A DNA stretch of 64,000 nucleotides from Saccharofermentans sp. (GCA_024685385.1 JAIKVV010000018.1:12422-76421); one strand, 5' to 3'. Positions 37,408 through 48,395 are shown, counted from the first letter of the stretch. Made by a program: numbers and translations. The notes: a model not told the origin generated them from the letters alone.

Positions 37408-38265
37408 TCATCCTGCAAGGCCTGCACTTCTTACCGAATATGATGTAACATTAAGGATTGTTTCACCGTCTATCTGCAAGGCGACCGGCCTGTCAAATTC
37501 GACCGTTACTTCCTTGCCGCGCCTGATCTCGACCATGTTCTTATACTTGACATGTTCTCCCTTGAAAATCTTCGGGAAAGCTATGAGCGTTCTTATCTTG
37601 CCCTTGCCGTACATTACCATGCAGGACACCTCATCGTTATTGAGCCTGTCCTGGTCAGGCGTCGGATACATGCCTCCGCCGTAGCAGCGCCCGTTCATAG
37701 TGGGAGCGATCCAGGTCTTGTCGTATTCTTTCGTAACTCCGTCAACAGTAACCTTGGCATGTGTCGGCTTATAGTGGAAAAGAAGCCCCTTGATCGCGAT
37801 GCCGGTATAATCGATCTTCTTTTCACCGGCTTCCCTCATCTTGTCGCCTACTTCACAGCAGTAACCGTCAATGCCGTATCCTATGCCGTTTATGAACCTG
37901 TAATCCTTGCCGTTTACGCTAACAACGGGAAGATGCTTAAGATATTTTGTTATCTCGACCAATTCATCCGCGGGCTTGCCGATATCATTAAGAAAGTCAT
38001 TTCCCGTTCCGGCAGCATAAAGATATACCTGATTGGGATAATCTATGTCATAACACTCGTTGACAAAATGATTCAAAGTTCCGTCTCCTCCGACGATAAC
38101 GACCTTGTCATCAGGATCTATGGAATCAAAGAAAGCCTTGGGATCTTCGATCCCTAACACATTAGTAAGGACCTGATCTTCCTTGGGGACCGGAATGGAA
38201 TCAAGTTTTTCCTCACCGCGGTTGTTGTTCGCCTTGGGGTTATACAATATCTGATATATACTCAT
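37408..38265 (-). CDS. Diacylglycerol/lipid kinase family protein (YegS/DagK-like)
   Basis: I moved the start to ATG 38265 (MSIYQILYNPKA), 8 nt after a GGGAGG RBS. Motifs VVIVGGDGTLNHFVNE and GTGNDF. Confidence 0.8.
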   Translation of the reverse strand: MSIYQILYNPKANNNRGEEKLDSIPVPKEDQVLTNVLGIEDPKAFFDSIDPDDKVVIVGGDGTLNHFVNECYDIDYPNQVYLYAAGTGNDFLNDIGKPADELVEITKYLKHLPVVSVNGKDYRFINGIGYGIDGYCCEVGDKMREAGEKKIDYTGIAIKGLLFHYKPTHAKVTVDGVTKEYDKTWIAPTMNGRCYGGGMYPTPDQDRLNNDEVSCMVMYGKGKIRTLIAFPKIFKGEHVKYKNMVEIRRGKEVTVEFDRPVALQIDGETILNVTSYSVRSAGLAG

Positions 38266-38333
38266 GTGACCGCCTCCCTGGTACTTTATCCTCAAGTTGA
38301 TTTTAACATAATGCATACTTTATTAATGTTTAT

Positions 38334-38362
38334 TTGAGAATCTTTATTCATTGATATATAAT
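38334..38362 (+). promoter_or_regulatory. Sigma-A-like promoter for ychF
   Basis: TTGAGA (38334-38339), 17-nt spacer, TATAAT (38357-38362). Confidence 0.5.
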
Positions 38363-38400
38363 AGCCCGCGAAAAGATAATTATCCGGAGGAGCAAATAAG

Positions 38401-39492
38401 ATGAAATTAGGTATAGTCGGTCTGCCGAATGTAGGAAAGAGCACATTATTCAATGCAATCACCAAGGCAGGCGCCGAATCGGCAAACTATCCTTTCTGTA
38501 CAATTGAACCCAATGTGGGCGTTGTAGCAGTTCCCGACGAGCGTCTCGATAAGCTCGCAGAGATGTATAACCCCCAGAAATACACTCCTGCCGTTGTTGA
38601 ATTCGTTGACATAGCAGGTCTCGTAAAGGGCGCTTCCAAAGGCGAAGGCCTCGGCAATAAGTTCCTCTCTAACATCAGGGAATGCGATGCAATCGTTCAT
38701 GTAGTAAGATGCTTTGACGATCCGGATGTTGTTCACGTTAACGGCAAAGCCGATCCCAAGACGGACATCGAGACAATAGAACTCGAACTGATCCTTTCCG
38801 ACATGGAGATCATGGAAAAGAGGATCGAGCGCACACAGAAGATGATGAAAGGCGGCGACAAGAGCTATCAGGCCGCTTTGGACCTTTATCAGAAGATCTA
38901 TAAATGCCTCGAGGGAGAAAAACCCGCAAGATCGCTTGAATTCGACGACGAAGAAACAGAGCTCACAAGAGATCTTCAGCTTATATCAATGAAGCCTGTT
39001 CTCTACTGCGCTAATATCGCGGAAGATGACATCAAGAATCCTGATATCCCTTATGTAAATGTCGTAAAGGAGATCGCAGAAAAGCAGAACAGCGAAGTAG
39101 TCGTGATCTCTGCCAAGATCGAAGATGAATTAGGACAGTTGGATCCCGAAGACCGCGAGATGTTCCTTGATGATCTGGGCATTGACAGCGCAGGTCTCGA
39201 TAAGATGATCAAGGCTTCCTACAAGCTCTTAGGTCTCATCTCCTATCTTACCGCAGGTCCCCAGGAAGTCCGCGCATGGACCATCAAGAACGGGACCAAA
39301 GCTCCCCAGGCGGCAGGCAAGATCCATTCCGATTTCGAACGCGGCTTCATCCGCGCCGAAGTCGTATCCTATGATGACCTTATCGCATGCGGAACATACA
39401 ATGCTGCAAAAGAGAAGGGTCTTGTAAGATCCGAAGGCAAGGAATATGTCATGAAGGACGGAGATGTTGTTCTCTTCAGGTTCAACGTCTGA
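38401..39492 (+). CDS. ychF: Redox-regulated ribosome-binding ATPase YchF
   Basis: 363 aa. Motifs [16 protein letters not shown] and FCTIEPN, with a C-terminal TGS-like domain ending [11 protein letters not shown]. Confidence 0.95.
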   Translation: MKLGIVGLPNVGKSTLFNAITKAGAESANYPFCTIEPNVGVVAVPDERLDKLAEMYNPQKYTPAVVEFVDIAGLVKGASKGEGLGNKFLSNIRECDAIVHVVRCFDDPDVVHVNGKADPKTDIETIELELILSDMEIMEKRIERTQKMMKGGDKSYQAALDLYQKIYKCLEGEKPARSLEFDDEETELTRDLQLISMKPVLYCANIAEDDIKNPDIPYVNVVKEIAEKQNSEVVVISAKIEDELGQLDPEDREMFLDDLGIDSAGLDKMIKASYKLLGLISYLTAGPQEVRAWTIKNGTKAPQAAGKIHSDFERGFIRAEVVSYDDLIACGTYNAAKEKGLVRSEGKEYVMKDGDVVLFRFNV

Positions 39493-40191
39493 TCAGTCCA
39501 GCGTTACTTCCCCGTTGCCACTGATATCGATCTTATCTCCCATATAAGTCGGTTTGATCCCGAAGATGCACTGAAAGAAGTCTTTAGACATCGCAAGGAC
39601 TTCTCTCGGGTAATATTTGGGATTGATGATGTAATTGCTCGCGCCCGCATCGATGCCGTAACATTCAATTCCGTATGAAGACGCATTATAAAGCGACCTG
39701 TAGAGATGGTATTTCTGCGTTACGACCAGAGCCTTCCTGATACCGAATATCTTGGATGCCCTGTACATGGTCTCATAGGTCGAAAAGCCTGCATGATCAA
39801 GGAAGATATCCTCCGAAGGAACGCCCATTTCAAGGGCATAATCCCTCATGACTCCCACCTCGTTATAATCATCCTGTCCGTGATCTCCGCTCATGAGTAT
39901 CTTCGGAGCAGCGCCGGATCTGTAAAGTTCAACTGCAGTATCAAGCCTGTCAGCGAGCATGGGGCTAGGCCCTCCGTTCCAGGCTGCACAGCCCAATACG
40001 ATTATGGCATCGTAAGATCCGTCCTTAATGGCAGAACCTGAAAAATCTTTACGGGAATAGACTCTCCCGCATGTCGAAAAGAATACGAACAGACTTGATA
40101 TCAAACCAGTAAGTATCAATACAGCTGCCAAACGGAAACAGAAGATCAGGAAACTCTTAAATCTCGTCCTGCTCTTTATTCTCTTTATCAT
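39493..40191 (-). CDS. SanA/YdcF (DUF218) family protein
   Basis: The DUF218 core reads DAIIVLGCA...ILMSGDHG..YNE...M. The start is uncertain. I prefer ATG 40191 (MIKRIKSRTRF, then a transmembrane helix) over ATG 40239. Either start overlaps the upstream ORF. Confidence 0.65.
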   Translation of the reverse strand: MIKRIKSRTRFKSFLIFCFRLAAVLILTGLISSLFVFFSTCGRVYSRKDFSGSAIKDGSYDAIIVLGCAAWNGGPSPMLADRLDTAVELYRSGAAPKILMSGDHGQDDYNEVGVMRDYALEMGVPSEDIFLDHAGFSTYETMYRASKIFGIRKALVVTQKYHLYRSLYNASSYGIECYGIDAGASNYIINPKYYPREVLAMSKDFFQCIFGIKPTYMGDKIDISGNGEVTLD

Positions 40192-40579
40192 CTTCGTCTT
40201 CCCTGTCCTCTTTATCGTCAGGGCCGTAGAATGCTTCATCTTCGGCCTTAACCTGTTCTGCGGATCTCATCTTGCCCGCCTGCGCCTGTTCTTTTAACTC
40301 CTGTATGGTCTTAATCGACTTTACGAGCACGAACATGACCACAAGAAATATGAACAGGATCATTATCTCAGAGATCACGGCAAATAAAACGGGTATTTTC
40401 TTGGCAATTAAGATTACCGCCGTAATGAATGCCGTACCGGAAAGATAAATGGCGGATGAAGCTATAAGGAAACTCCTGTACTTTTTAAGGTCACCCGTAA
40501 ATCTGCAGAAAATGCAAAACAGGAGTGCCGCAAGAGCAAAAGCATTAAATGCAAAAGCAAGTATGTGGGAAGGCGTCAT
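40157..40579 (-). CDS. Small multi-pass membrane protein with an acidic C-terminal tail
   Basis: 140 aa. Three or four hydrophobic helices, then EDEAFYGPDDKEDREDEDDKENKEQDEI. 4-nt overlap with the coaE stop. Confidence 0.5.
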   Translation of the reverse strand: MTPSHILAFAFNAFALAALLFCIFCRFTGDLKKYRSFLIASSAIYLSGTAFITAVILIAKKIPVLFAVISEIMILFIFLVVMFVLVKSIKTIQELKEQAQAGKMRSAEQVKAEDEAFYGPDDKEDREDEDDKENKEQDEI

Positions 40580-41181
40580 ACCCTGATACCTCTTTCAACA
40601 AGCTGGGTCTTAATGAGCTCATCCACCCTGGCATATGTCTGCTCCAATCTGCCGGAGTTATCTATCACGAAATCTGCAAGATCGGAATATTCTTCATCCG
40701 AAAGTTGCATGGCTATGCGCCTTTGTGCTTCTTCGTAACTTAAACCCCTGTCAAGAAGCCTTGATATCCTCGTAGCCGTATCACATGTTACGACCCAGAC
40801 CTGATCAGACATATCGACAAATCTTTGTACCGGGATCGGAACATCAAGGATAAGGCACTTTGTGTTCTTGGAAGTCTCTTCTTCGATCTTCTTTTCCATC
40901 TCGAAGAAAACGTGCTTATGCACTATGGACGAGAGCAGATCCAGCTTCATCCTGTCGTGAAAGACTATATCGGACATGTATTTGCGGTTCATCGCTCCGT
41001 CAATGTCAACCGATGAAGGACCGAAGACCTCTGCTACTTCTTCCACGGCGCTTCCGCCTGCAGCAGTCACTTCGCCTGAGATCCTGTCAGCATCAAGAAC
41101 AACAAGACCCTTATCTTCAAGATAACGGCTGACAGTCGTCTTTCCGCTTCCTATTCCTCCCGTAACACCTACGATAAACAT
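40576..41181 (-). CDS. coaE: Dephospho-CoA kinase
   Basis: 201 aa. N-terminal VGVTGGIGSGKTTV P-loop. Conserved position after polA. Confidence 0.9.
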   Translation of the reverse strand: MFIVGVTGGIGSGKTTVSRYLEDKGLVVLDADRISGEVTAAGGSAVEEVAEVFGPSSVDIDGAMNRKYMSDIVFHDRMKLDLLSSIVHKHVFFEMEKKIEEETSKNTKCLILDVPIPVQRFVDMSDQVWVVTCDTATRISRLLDRGLSYEEAQRRIAMQLSDEEYSDLADFVIDNSGRLEQTYARVDELIKTQLVERGIRV

Positions 41182-41202
41182 CTTGCCGGAACTCCTTTAT
41201 CC

Positions 41203-43932
41203 TTATTTTGCCTCAAGCCAGTCTTTGCCGGTATGGACTTCAGCCACCAGAGGAACCTTCAGTGAAGCCGAACCCTCCATCTCCTCTTTCAGGAGTTTTG
41301 CACATTCATCGGCAATATCAGGCGCACATTCAATGATCAGTTCGTCATGCACCTGCATAACGAGCTTTGCATCGGGGAATCTTTCTTCCAAAGCCGATTT
41401 GACCCTGTTCATTGCGATCTTGATTATATCGGCAGCCGTACCCTGTATGGGCGTGTTCATGGCAACCCTTAAACCGAAATTCCTGACATTTCTGTTCTGG
41501 CTCTTAAGTTCGTTCAAGAATCTCTTGCGGCCGAACATCGTTTCAGCGTAGCCCTTCTCTTCAGCCTGCTTCTTAAGGCCGTCAAGATAATTGGTAATCC
41601 CGGGAAACTGCTTTCCGTACTGTTTTATTATCTCGGATGCTTCGGCCATGCTGATCTTAAGGTCCGTTGCAAGTCCGTAATCGGAGATGCCGTATATGAT
41701 GCTGAAGTTTACCGTCTTGGCTGATGCTCTCATCCTGTGGGTAACTTCATCTTCAGTTACGCCGAATATCCTTGTGGCAGTCATCTTATGGATATCTTCA
41801 CCCTTAAGGAAAGCGTCGATCATGTATTCATCACCCGAAAGAGCTGCCAATAACCTTAATTCGATCTGCGAATAGTCGGCATCAACGAGCACCTTGCCTT
41901 CTTCTGCAGTAAAAGCTGCCCTTAATCTCGAGCCTTCATCGGTTCTTACGGGGATATTCTGAAGGTTGGGCTCAGTGGAAGAAAGCCTTCCTGTATTGGT
42001 CAACGCCTGAGTAAATGTCGTATGTATCCTTCCGTCAGAAGAGATGTATCTTACGAGGCCTGCGGCATAAGTGGAATCAAGTTTTGAAAGTTCCCTGTAA
42101 TCGATTATAGGATCTATTACGGGACTGTATTTTCTCAATCTGTTAAGCTCGTCACTGTCAGTGGAATAAACGCCGGTCTTGCCCTTCTTGCCGTGCGGAA
42201 GATTAAGCTTATCCTCACTGAACAAAATATCGGAAAGCTGCTTTGGTGATCCTATGTTGAATTCTTCGCCCGTCATCTCATAAATGGAATCGCGGAGCTT
42301 ATCCAGGCGCTGCCGGTATTCCGCATGAAGGTCATCCAAGATCTCCTTTGAAACATGCATGCCGTTGCGCTCGATCTTATCGAGTGTGACTACAAGAGGA
42401 AACTCGATCCCGTAAAGGAGCTTTTCGGCGCCTTCCTTTGCGATCTTATCCTTAAGACAGTAATAACAGGCAAGATTGGAAAGCTGGCGTCTTATCAGGG
42501 ACTTGATCTCATCCTTGATGTTCTCGTCATCATCTTCGAAAAGAGACATCTGGCCTTCTTTAGCCGAATATGCTTCCCATTTGCAGGGGCGTCTTGTAGA
42601 GGATTCATAAAGCCTTATGAAATCAGCTTTTCCCTCGGTGAGGTTAAGGACAGAACCTGCAACATATGTATCGAAAATGCTTGCGATTCCGGAAAGAGCT
42701 TCGGGAAGGATCTTTGATCTTTCCTTATATTCAAATGCGACCGGAATAAAAGGCTCTGTCAATTTACAGACTTCGATGAGCCTTTCGGGAGAAAGACATA
42801 TGGTCACGCCTTCGTTCCACAATGTCAGTATGCATAACTTGTGGTTTCCGCGTGAACAGAAGTCCAGACCTACAGAGCCGTCAGGACTCTTAGTCTCGGA
42901 TTCTATAAGATCTTTAACGGCCATAACATCCATGTCGTCAACGGGAGGCATCCCGCTGATCCCGGATAAGAGTTCATCAAGTCTTTCGAAAACAAACGCG
43001 TTGTCTGCATCATCTTCCGGGGCTTGTGCCAGCGCAGATTCAGACAGGGTCATGGATTCGAGCTTAAGTTTCTTGATAAGGCTTCTTAAAGCCAGATTGG
43101 ACAAACGGTCGAACAAAGCCTGCTTATCTTTTATCTCTTCAAATTTAGTATCAGACAGGCTTATATCAACAGGAGCAAACCTGTCGATAGTAACGAGCTT
43201 CATATTGAGAGCAAGCTGCTCTTCTGCCTGTCCTATGTTATTCTTCAGGGCCTGCGAAAGCTCATCCTTATGTTCTATGACTCCTTCAACGCTGCCGTAA
43301 TCGGCAATGAGCTTAAATGCCGTCTTGGGACCAACCTTCTCGACTCCCTTGATATTATCCGAACTGTCTCCCATGAGAGCTTTGACATATATGAACCTGT
43401 CCGGCGTTATGCCGTTCTCTTCGAAAAAGAGATCCTTATCGTAAAGCACTCTCGGAGGCTTGCCCTTGCCGGACTGAGGCAGAATTACCTTCGTCTTATC
43501 CGATATCAGCTGGAAGTCATCGTGATCGCCGCTTAAGATAAAGACTTCATCCCCTTCCTCCTCGGCCATCCTGGAGAGGGTTCCGATGAGGTCGTCAGCC
43601 TCATAACCTGCCAGCTCATAATGAGAAATGCCCATGTGATCGAGCAGTTCTTTTATTACCGGCATCTGAACAGCCATGTCATCAGGCATGCCTTTGCGGT
43701 TCGCTTTATACTCCACGCTCATCTTGTGCCTGAAGGTAGGCTCTCTCCTGTCGAAAAGGACACAGACCGAATCAGGTTGATATTCATCCGCAACGCTCAG
43801 GAGCGAATTAAAGAATCCGTTGACCGCGCCCGTGGGTGTACCGTCGGGAGCCGTCATCGGAGCTCTTCCGATTACGGCATAGTATGCTCTGTTTACTATC
43901 GAGTTACCGTCAACCAGAAGAAGTCTTCCCAT
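41203..43932 (-). CDS. polA: DNA polymerase I
   Basis: 909 aa. 5'-nuclease N-terminus (LLLVDGNSIVNRAYYA). Polymerase motifs DYSQIELR, RxxAKxxNFxxxYG and QVHDEL. Confidence 0.95.
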   Translation of the reverse strand: MGRLLLVDGNSIVNRAYYAVIGRAPMTAPDGTPTGAVNGFFNSLLSVADEYQPDSVCVLFDRREPTFRHKMSVEYKANRKGMPDDMAVQMPVIKELLDHMGISHYELAGYEADDLIGTLSRMAEEEGDEVFILSGDHDDFQLISDKTKVILPQSGKGKPPRVLYDKDLFFEENGITPDRFIYVKALMGDSSDNIKGVEKVGPKTAFKLIADYGSVEGVIEHKDELSQALKNNIGQAEEQLALNMKLVTIDRFAPVDISLSDTKFEEIKDKQALFDRLSNLALRSLIKKLKLESMTLSESALAQAPEDDADNAFVFERLDELLSGISGMPPVDDMDVMAVKDLIESETKSPDGSVGLDFCSRGNHKLCILTLWNEGVTICLSPERLIEVCKLTEPFIPVAFEYKERSKILPEALSGIASIFDTYVAGSVLNLTEGKADFIRLYESSTRRPCKWEAYSAKEGQMSLFEDDDENIKDEIKSLIRRQLSNLACYYCLKDKIAKEGAEKLLYGIEFPLVVTLDKIERNGMHVSKEILDDLHAEYRQRLDKLRDSIYEMTGEEFNIGSPKQLSDILFSEDKLNLPHGKKGKTGVYSTDSDELNRLRKYSPVIDPIIDYRELSKLDSTYAAGLVRYISSDGRIHTTFTQALTNTGRLSSTEPNLQNIPVRTDEGSRLRAAFTAEEGKVLVDADYSQIELRLLAALSGDEYMIDAFLKGEDIHKMTATRIFGVTEDEVTHRMRASAKTVNFSIIYGISDYGLATDLKISMAEASEIIKQYGKQFPGITNYLDGLKKQAEEKGYAETMFGRKRFLNELKSQNRNVRNFGLRVAMNTPIQGTAADIIKIAMNRVKSALEERFPDAKLVMQVHDELIIECAPDIADECAKLLKEEMEGSASLKVPLVAEVHTGKDWLEAK

Positions 43933-46900
43933 CAGTCTTTGTCCTCCGGTAAATCCTTGTTTTCTTCTTCGATCTGCCTGTTCCTGACTTCGTGGGCAGT
44001 GCTGATCATGAGCTTGATCCTGTTAAGCTGGTTGGCTTCGGAAGCACCGGGATCATAATCAATCGGGATTATGTTGGACATGGGATACTGGCGCCTTAAT
44101 TCCTTGATCATGCCCTTACCCGTAACATGGTTGGGGAGGCAGGCAAAAGGCTGCGCGCAGATGATGTTCGGCACGCCGTCCTGGATGAGCTCTATCATCT
44201 CGGCGGTAAGAAACCAGCCCTCACCGCAGAAGTTGCCGCAGCTTAAGACGGAAGAAGATTTCTTTGCAAGTTCTTCTATCCTCTCCGTCAGCATGAACTT
44301 GCCGCCGGTAGCTGCAAAAGCCTTGTTGATCGGATGTCTCAGGGTCTCGAGGAAATTGATGATCTGTTTGTTAATGCGGGCGCTCTTACGGCTCCTTCCG
44401 AGATTGTCTGCGGCCCAGATGGGGTTGTAGCAGCAATATAAGAAGAAATCGAGAACTCCGGGAAGGACACCTTCACATCCTTCCTGTTCGATAACGTCGA
44501 TCGCATTATTATTCGCATCAGGGTGGAACTTGACTAAGATCTCTCCTACGAGTCCTACTCTGGGTTTCCTCGGGATGTCCTGCAGAGGGAGCTGATCGAA
44601 CTTTTCGACGGCCAGTTTAACGAACTGCTTATATTTCCTTACGACGGGAGGATTCTTAAGATCGACTCCGATGGTCGCGAGGACTTTATCGATCTCCTTC
44701 CTCTCTTCTTCGGATCTTGTGTAGTAGGAGCCCGGCATGATGTGATCATAATGCTCGCTGATATCCTCATTATCACCGGAAGGATTGATCATGCGTCTTC
44801 CGATGCCGTTGAAATAAGAATAAAGGGCATTGGCAGCACCGGGAACCGTCTCATAAGGTCTGGTGCGCAAAAGGAGTGTCGTAAGCATGTCACCCATAGC
44901 AAATGACCTTACGGCATTAAGCACGAAAGGCAATGTTGGACTGAAGCCTTCATTCTTTTCGAACTGCTGTACGGAAAGCGCTATAACGGGAATCTGGGGA
45001 TAGCCTGCTTCCTTCAATGCTTTTCGGAGGAAAGCAACATAGTTTGTCGCCCTGCATCCGCCGCCCGTCTGGGTGATAGTCACTGTCGTATTATCGGGAT
45101 CTATCTCGCCTCTTAAGATCGCATTCATCATCTGGCCGACAACGATTACAGTCGGGAAACAAGCATCGTTGTTTACGAACTTCAGTCCGCATTCGATGTC
45201 TTCTCTCGTAGCCTGCTTCAAGACCTTGAGCCTGTAGCCCGCCTTGTGGAAGGTGGCTTCAAGGAACTCGAAATCTATGGGGGCCATCTGAGGAGCCAGG
45301 ATAGTATGGTTCTTACGGTGGATCTTCTTGAATTCCCTTCTGTTAAGGACATAATTCCCTTCGTCCGCCGGAACAGTATCAACAGAAATGTCCTTGGAGC
45401 CTGAAGATGCATCTCTTTCATTCATGGCAACGACAAGCGATCTCATCCTGATCCTCGCCGCACCGAGATTTGATACTTCATCGATCTTAAGCAAGGTATA
45501 GAGCTTGCCTGAAGATTCCAGGATCTCCTGAACCTGATCAGATGTGACTGCATCAAGTCCGCAGCCGAAGCTCGTTAACTGTACGAGTTCAAGTTCGGGA
45601 TGGGAGATGACGAAAGCCGCAGCTTCATAAAGTCTCGTGTGGTACATCCACTGGTCAACAACTCTGATGGGGCGCTTGAGAACGCCGGGTTTTGCAACGG
45701 AATCCTCGGTAAGGACAGCCAATCCGAGAGCATTTATCATCTCAGGGATGCCGTGGTTGATCTCGGGATCGACATGGTAAGGCCTTCCTGCCAAAACAAC
45801 GCCCTTAAGACCGCGCTTCTTCATCAGTTCGAGGGTCTTCTTGCCTTCAACGGAAATGTCCTTCTTGTATTTATGGTACTCCTTGGCGCCTTCCTCACAT
45901 GCTGCCCTGGCTTCTTCAAGCGTGACATTGCAATAAGAGAAGCACTTTACGAGATTGTTGGCAACGCTATCCAGATTATCAAGAGGCGTGAAAGGATTAA
46001 GATACCTGATCTTCTTATCCCTGAGGTTCTCGACATTGTTCTTGATTACTTCGGGATATGAACATACGATCGGACAATTATAGTGGTTGTTGGAATTGCT
46101 GTTTTCAACGCCCTCATATGGAACATCGGGATAGAATATCGTATCTATGCCGCGTGCAATGAGGTTTTCGATGTGGCCGTGCACGAGCTTTGCAGGATAG
46201 CAAACGCTCTCTGAAGGGATCGTCTCCATTCCCTTCTCGAAAAGAGCATGCGACGATCTTGCGGATATCAGAACGCGGAAGCCGAGTTTCGTAAGAACGG
46301 TAAACCAAAAAGGATAGTTCTCATACTGATTCAAAGCTCTCGGTATTCCGATGACGCCCCTCTTGGCTTCTTCTTCCTTAAGAGGCTTATAGTGGCTGAA
46401 AGTTCTCTCATACTTGTATTTAAAGAGATTGGGAAGTCTCTCTTCATCGCTCTTTACGGATGCTTCACCGGAGAGAACGATGTCTTCTCCCCTCTCACAT
46501 CTGTTACCGGATACGAACTTCCTGCCGTTGGAAAAAGTTGCAACAGTAAGCCTGCAGTGATTCGTACAACCCGGGCACTGGGTATTCTCCGTCTCCATGC
46601 TGAAAGCATCGAGTTCTTCGGGACCCAGTACGGATGAACGGTAATCAGCTGAAGCAGGAACTCTCTCCTTTGCTATGAGTGCTGCGCCGAACGCGCCCAT
46701 GAGTCCTGCTACGTTAGGCCGGATAACATCTCTTCCCGAAACAAGTTCGAAGCATCTTAATATCGCATCGTTAAGGAAAGTACCGCCCTGAACAACGATA
46801 TTCTTGCCGAGCTGTTCGGTATCTCTTATCTTAATGACTTTATAGAGCGCGTTTCTTACTACGGAATAAGAAAGTCCTGCAGAGATATCTCCTACCGAAG

Positions 46901-48395
46901 CTCCCTCTTTTTGTGCCTGCTTAACCTTGGAATTCATGAATACGGTACATCTCGTTCCGAGATCGACAGGCTTTTTTGCTGCAAGAGCTTCTCTTGCAAA
47001 CTGTTTGGAATCCATTCCGAGTGTCTGGGCAAAAGTCTGTATGAAGGATCCGCAGCCTGAAGAACATGCTTCGTTCAGCATGATGGAATCAATGACTCCG
47101 TTCCTGATCTTCATGCACTTCATGTCCTGACCGCCGATGTCGATGATGAAATCAACATCCGGGCAGAAGAACTTGGCCGACTTGAAGTGAGCCATCGTCT
47201 CTATCTCACCGATATCAACACCGAGGGAGGCCTTTATGATGCTCTCACCGTAACCGGTTACGCAGGAATTGACTATATAGCAATCCTCAGGCATCTTCTC
47301 ATAGATGTCGCGGAGGATATTGACCGCGCTCATTACGGGGTTGCCCTTGTTGCCTGCATAATATGTATAGACAAGATCGCCTTTCTCATTTATGACAACT
47401 GCCTTGGTCGTCGTTGAACCTGCATCGACGCCGAGGAAAAGGGGACCTTTCTGATCCTTTATGTCAAGTACGGGGATCTTATCCTTTTCGTGCCTCAGAT
47501 CGAACCTGGCTTTATCTTCTTCATCCTTGAAGATGGGGTCGATCCTGATGATATCAGGCACAAAGCCTTCTTTATTCTTAAACTTTTCGAGAAGTTCGGA
47601 AAGGATGACGCCTTCATCTTCATCATCACAGCTTAATGCAGCACCCAAAGCAACATAGATCTGGGCATCTTCAGGCATCCAGAAAGATTTTGCCTTGTCT
47701 GCCAATGTTCTTTCAAAGGCATTGCGGAGCTCGGAATTGAAATACAAAGGTCCGCCCAGGAAAGCAACGTTGCCCTTGATCGGGCGGCCGCATGCCAGTC
47801 CTGCGATAGTCTGGTTAACAACAGACTGATATATCGAAGCCGCAAGGTCTTCCTTTGCAGCGCCTTCATTGATGAGGGGCTGCAGGTCGCTCTTGGCGAA
47901 TACGCCGCAGCGGCTTGCTATCGTATAAAGCGAACGGTAATCCTTGGCAAAGTTATTAAGACCGTCAGCATCAGTCTGGAGAAGTGATGCCATCTGATCT
48001 ATGAACGCGCCCGTGCCGCCGGCGCAGGTTCCGTTCATCCTCTGTTCCAAAACGGGATGCATATATGTGATCTTGGCATCCTCGCCGCCTAATTCTATTA
48101 TGACGTCCGTTTCCGGATGATATTTCCTTATGGCGCAGGTCTCAGCCATTACTTCCTGCGTGAACTTCAGTCCGAGCCAGTTAGCGACCGAAAGGCCCCC
48201 GGAACCTGTTATAACAACGGATACCCTTATTCCGGGGTATTTGGCATTAAGCTCGTCAAAAAGTTCGTTCAACAGACCCGAAACATCAGAATGATGGCGT
48301 CTGTATTCGCGGTGAATGATTTCATCTCCATCGAGAAGGACCACCTTGATAGTGGTCGATCCGATATCAAGTCCCATCCTGTACCTGGTGCTCAT
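43932..48395 (-). CDS. Acyl-CoA dehydratase activase-related fusion protein: two BcrAD/BadFG ATPase domains plus a 2-hydroxyacyl-CoA-dehydratase-like/DUF2229 region (PlsA/PlsR-type architecture)
   Basis: 1487 aa. ASKHA phosphate-1 motifs GLDIGSTTIKVV (N-terminus) and GVDAGSTTTKAV (around aa 325). Cys-rich central and C-terminal dehydratase-like parts. 1-nt overlaps with both neighbours (TAATG at 48395, TGATG at 43932). Confidence 0.8.
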   Translation of the reverse strand: MSTRYRMGLDIGSTTIKVVLLDGDEIIHREYRRHHSDVSGLLNELFDELNAKYPGIRVSVVITGSGGLSVANWLGLKFTQEVMAETCAIRKYHPETDVIIELGGEDAKITYMHPVLEQRMNGTCAGGTGAFIDQMASLLQTDADGLNNFAKDYRSLYTIASRCGVFAKSDLQPLINEGAAKEDLAASIYQSVVNQTIAGLACGRPIKGNVAFLGGPLYFNSELRNAFERTLADKAKSFWMPEDAQIYVALGAALSCDDEDEGVILSELLEKFKNKEGFVPDIIRIDPIFKDEEDKARFDLRHEKDKIPVLDIKDQKGPLFLGVDAGSTTTKAVVINEKGDLVYTYYAGNKGNPVMSAVNILRDIYEKMPEDCYIVNSCVTGYGESIIKASLGVDIGEIETMAHFKSAKFFCPDVDFIIDIGGQDMKCMKIRNGVIDSIMLNEACSSGCGSFIQTFAQTLGMDSKQFAREALAAKKPVDLGTRCTVFMNSKVKQAQKEGASVGDISAGLSYSVVRNALYKVIKIRDTEQLGKNIVVQGGTFLNDAILRCFELVSGRDVIRPNVAGLMGAFGAALIAKERVPASADYRSSVLGPEELDAFSMETENTQCPGCTNHCRLTVATFSNGRKFVSGNRCERGEDIVLSGEASVKSDEERLPNLFKYKYERTFSHYKPLKEEEAKRGVIGIPRALNQYENYPFWFTVLTKLGFRVLISARSSHALFEKGMETIPSESVCYPAKLVHGHIENLIARGIDTIFYPDVPYEGVENSNSNNHYNCPIVCSYPEVIKNNVENLRDKKIRYLNPFTPLDNLDSVANNLVKCFSYCNVTLEEARAACEEGAKEYHKYKKDISVEGKKTLELMKKRGLKGVVLAGRPYHVDPEINHGIPEMINALGLAVLTEDSVAKPGVLKRPIRVVDQWMYHTRLYEAAAFVISHPELELVQLTSFGCGLDAVTSDQVQEILESSGKLYTLLKIDEVSNLGAARIRMRSLVVAMNERDASSGSKDISVDTVPADEGNYVLNRREFKKIHRKNHTILAPQMAPIDFEFLEATFHKAGYRLKVLKQATREDIECGLKFVNNDACFPTVIVVGQMMNAILRGEIDPDNTTVTITQTGGGCRATNYVAFLRKALKEAGYPQIPVIALSVQQFEKNEGFSPTLPFVLNAVRSFAMGDMLTTLLLRTRPYETVPGAANALYSYFNGIGRRMINPSGDNEDISEHYDHIMPGSYYTRSEEERKEIDKVLATIGVDLKNPPVVRKYKQFVKLAVEKFDQLPLQDIPRKPRVGLVGEILVKFHPDANNNAIDVIEQEGCEGVLPGVLDFFLYCCYNPIWAADNLGRSRKSARINKQIINFLETLRHPINKAFAATGGKFMLTERIEELAKKSSSVLSCGNFCGEGWFLTAEMIELIQDGVPNIICAQPFACLPNHVTGKGMIKELRRQYPMSNIIPIDYDPGASEANQLNRIKLMISTAHEVRNRQIEEENKDLPEDKD

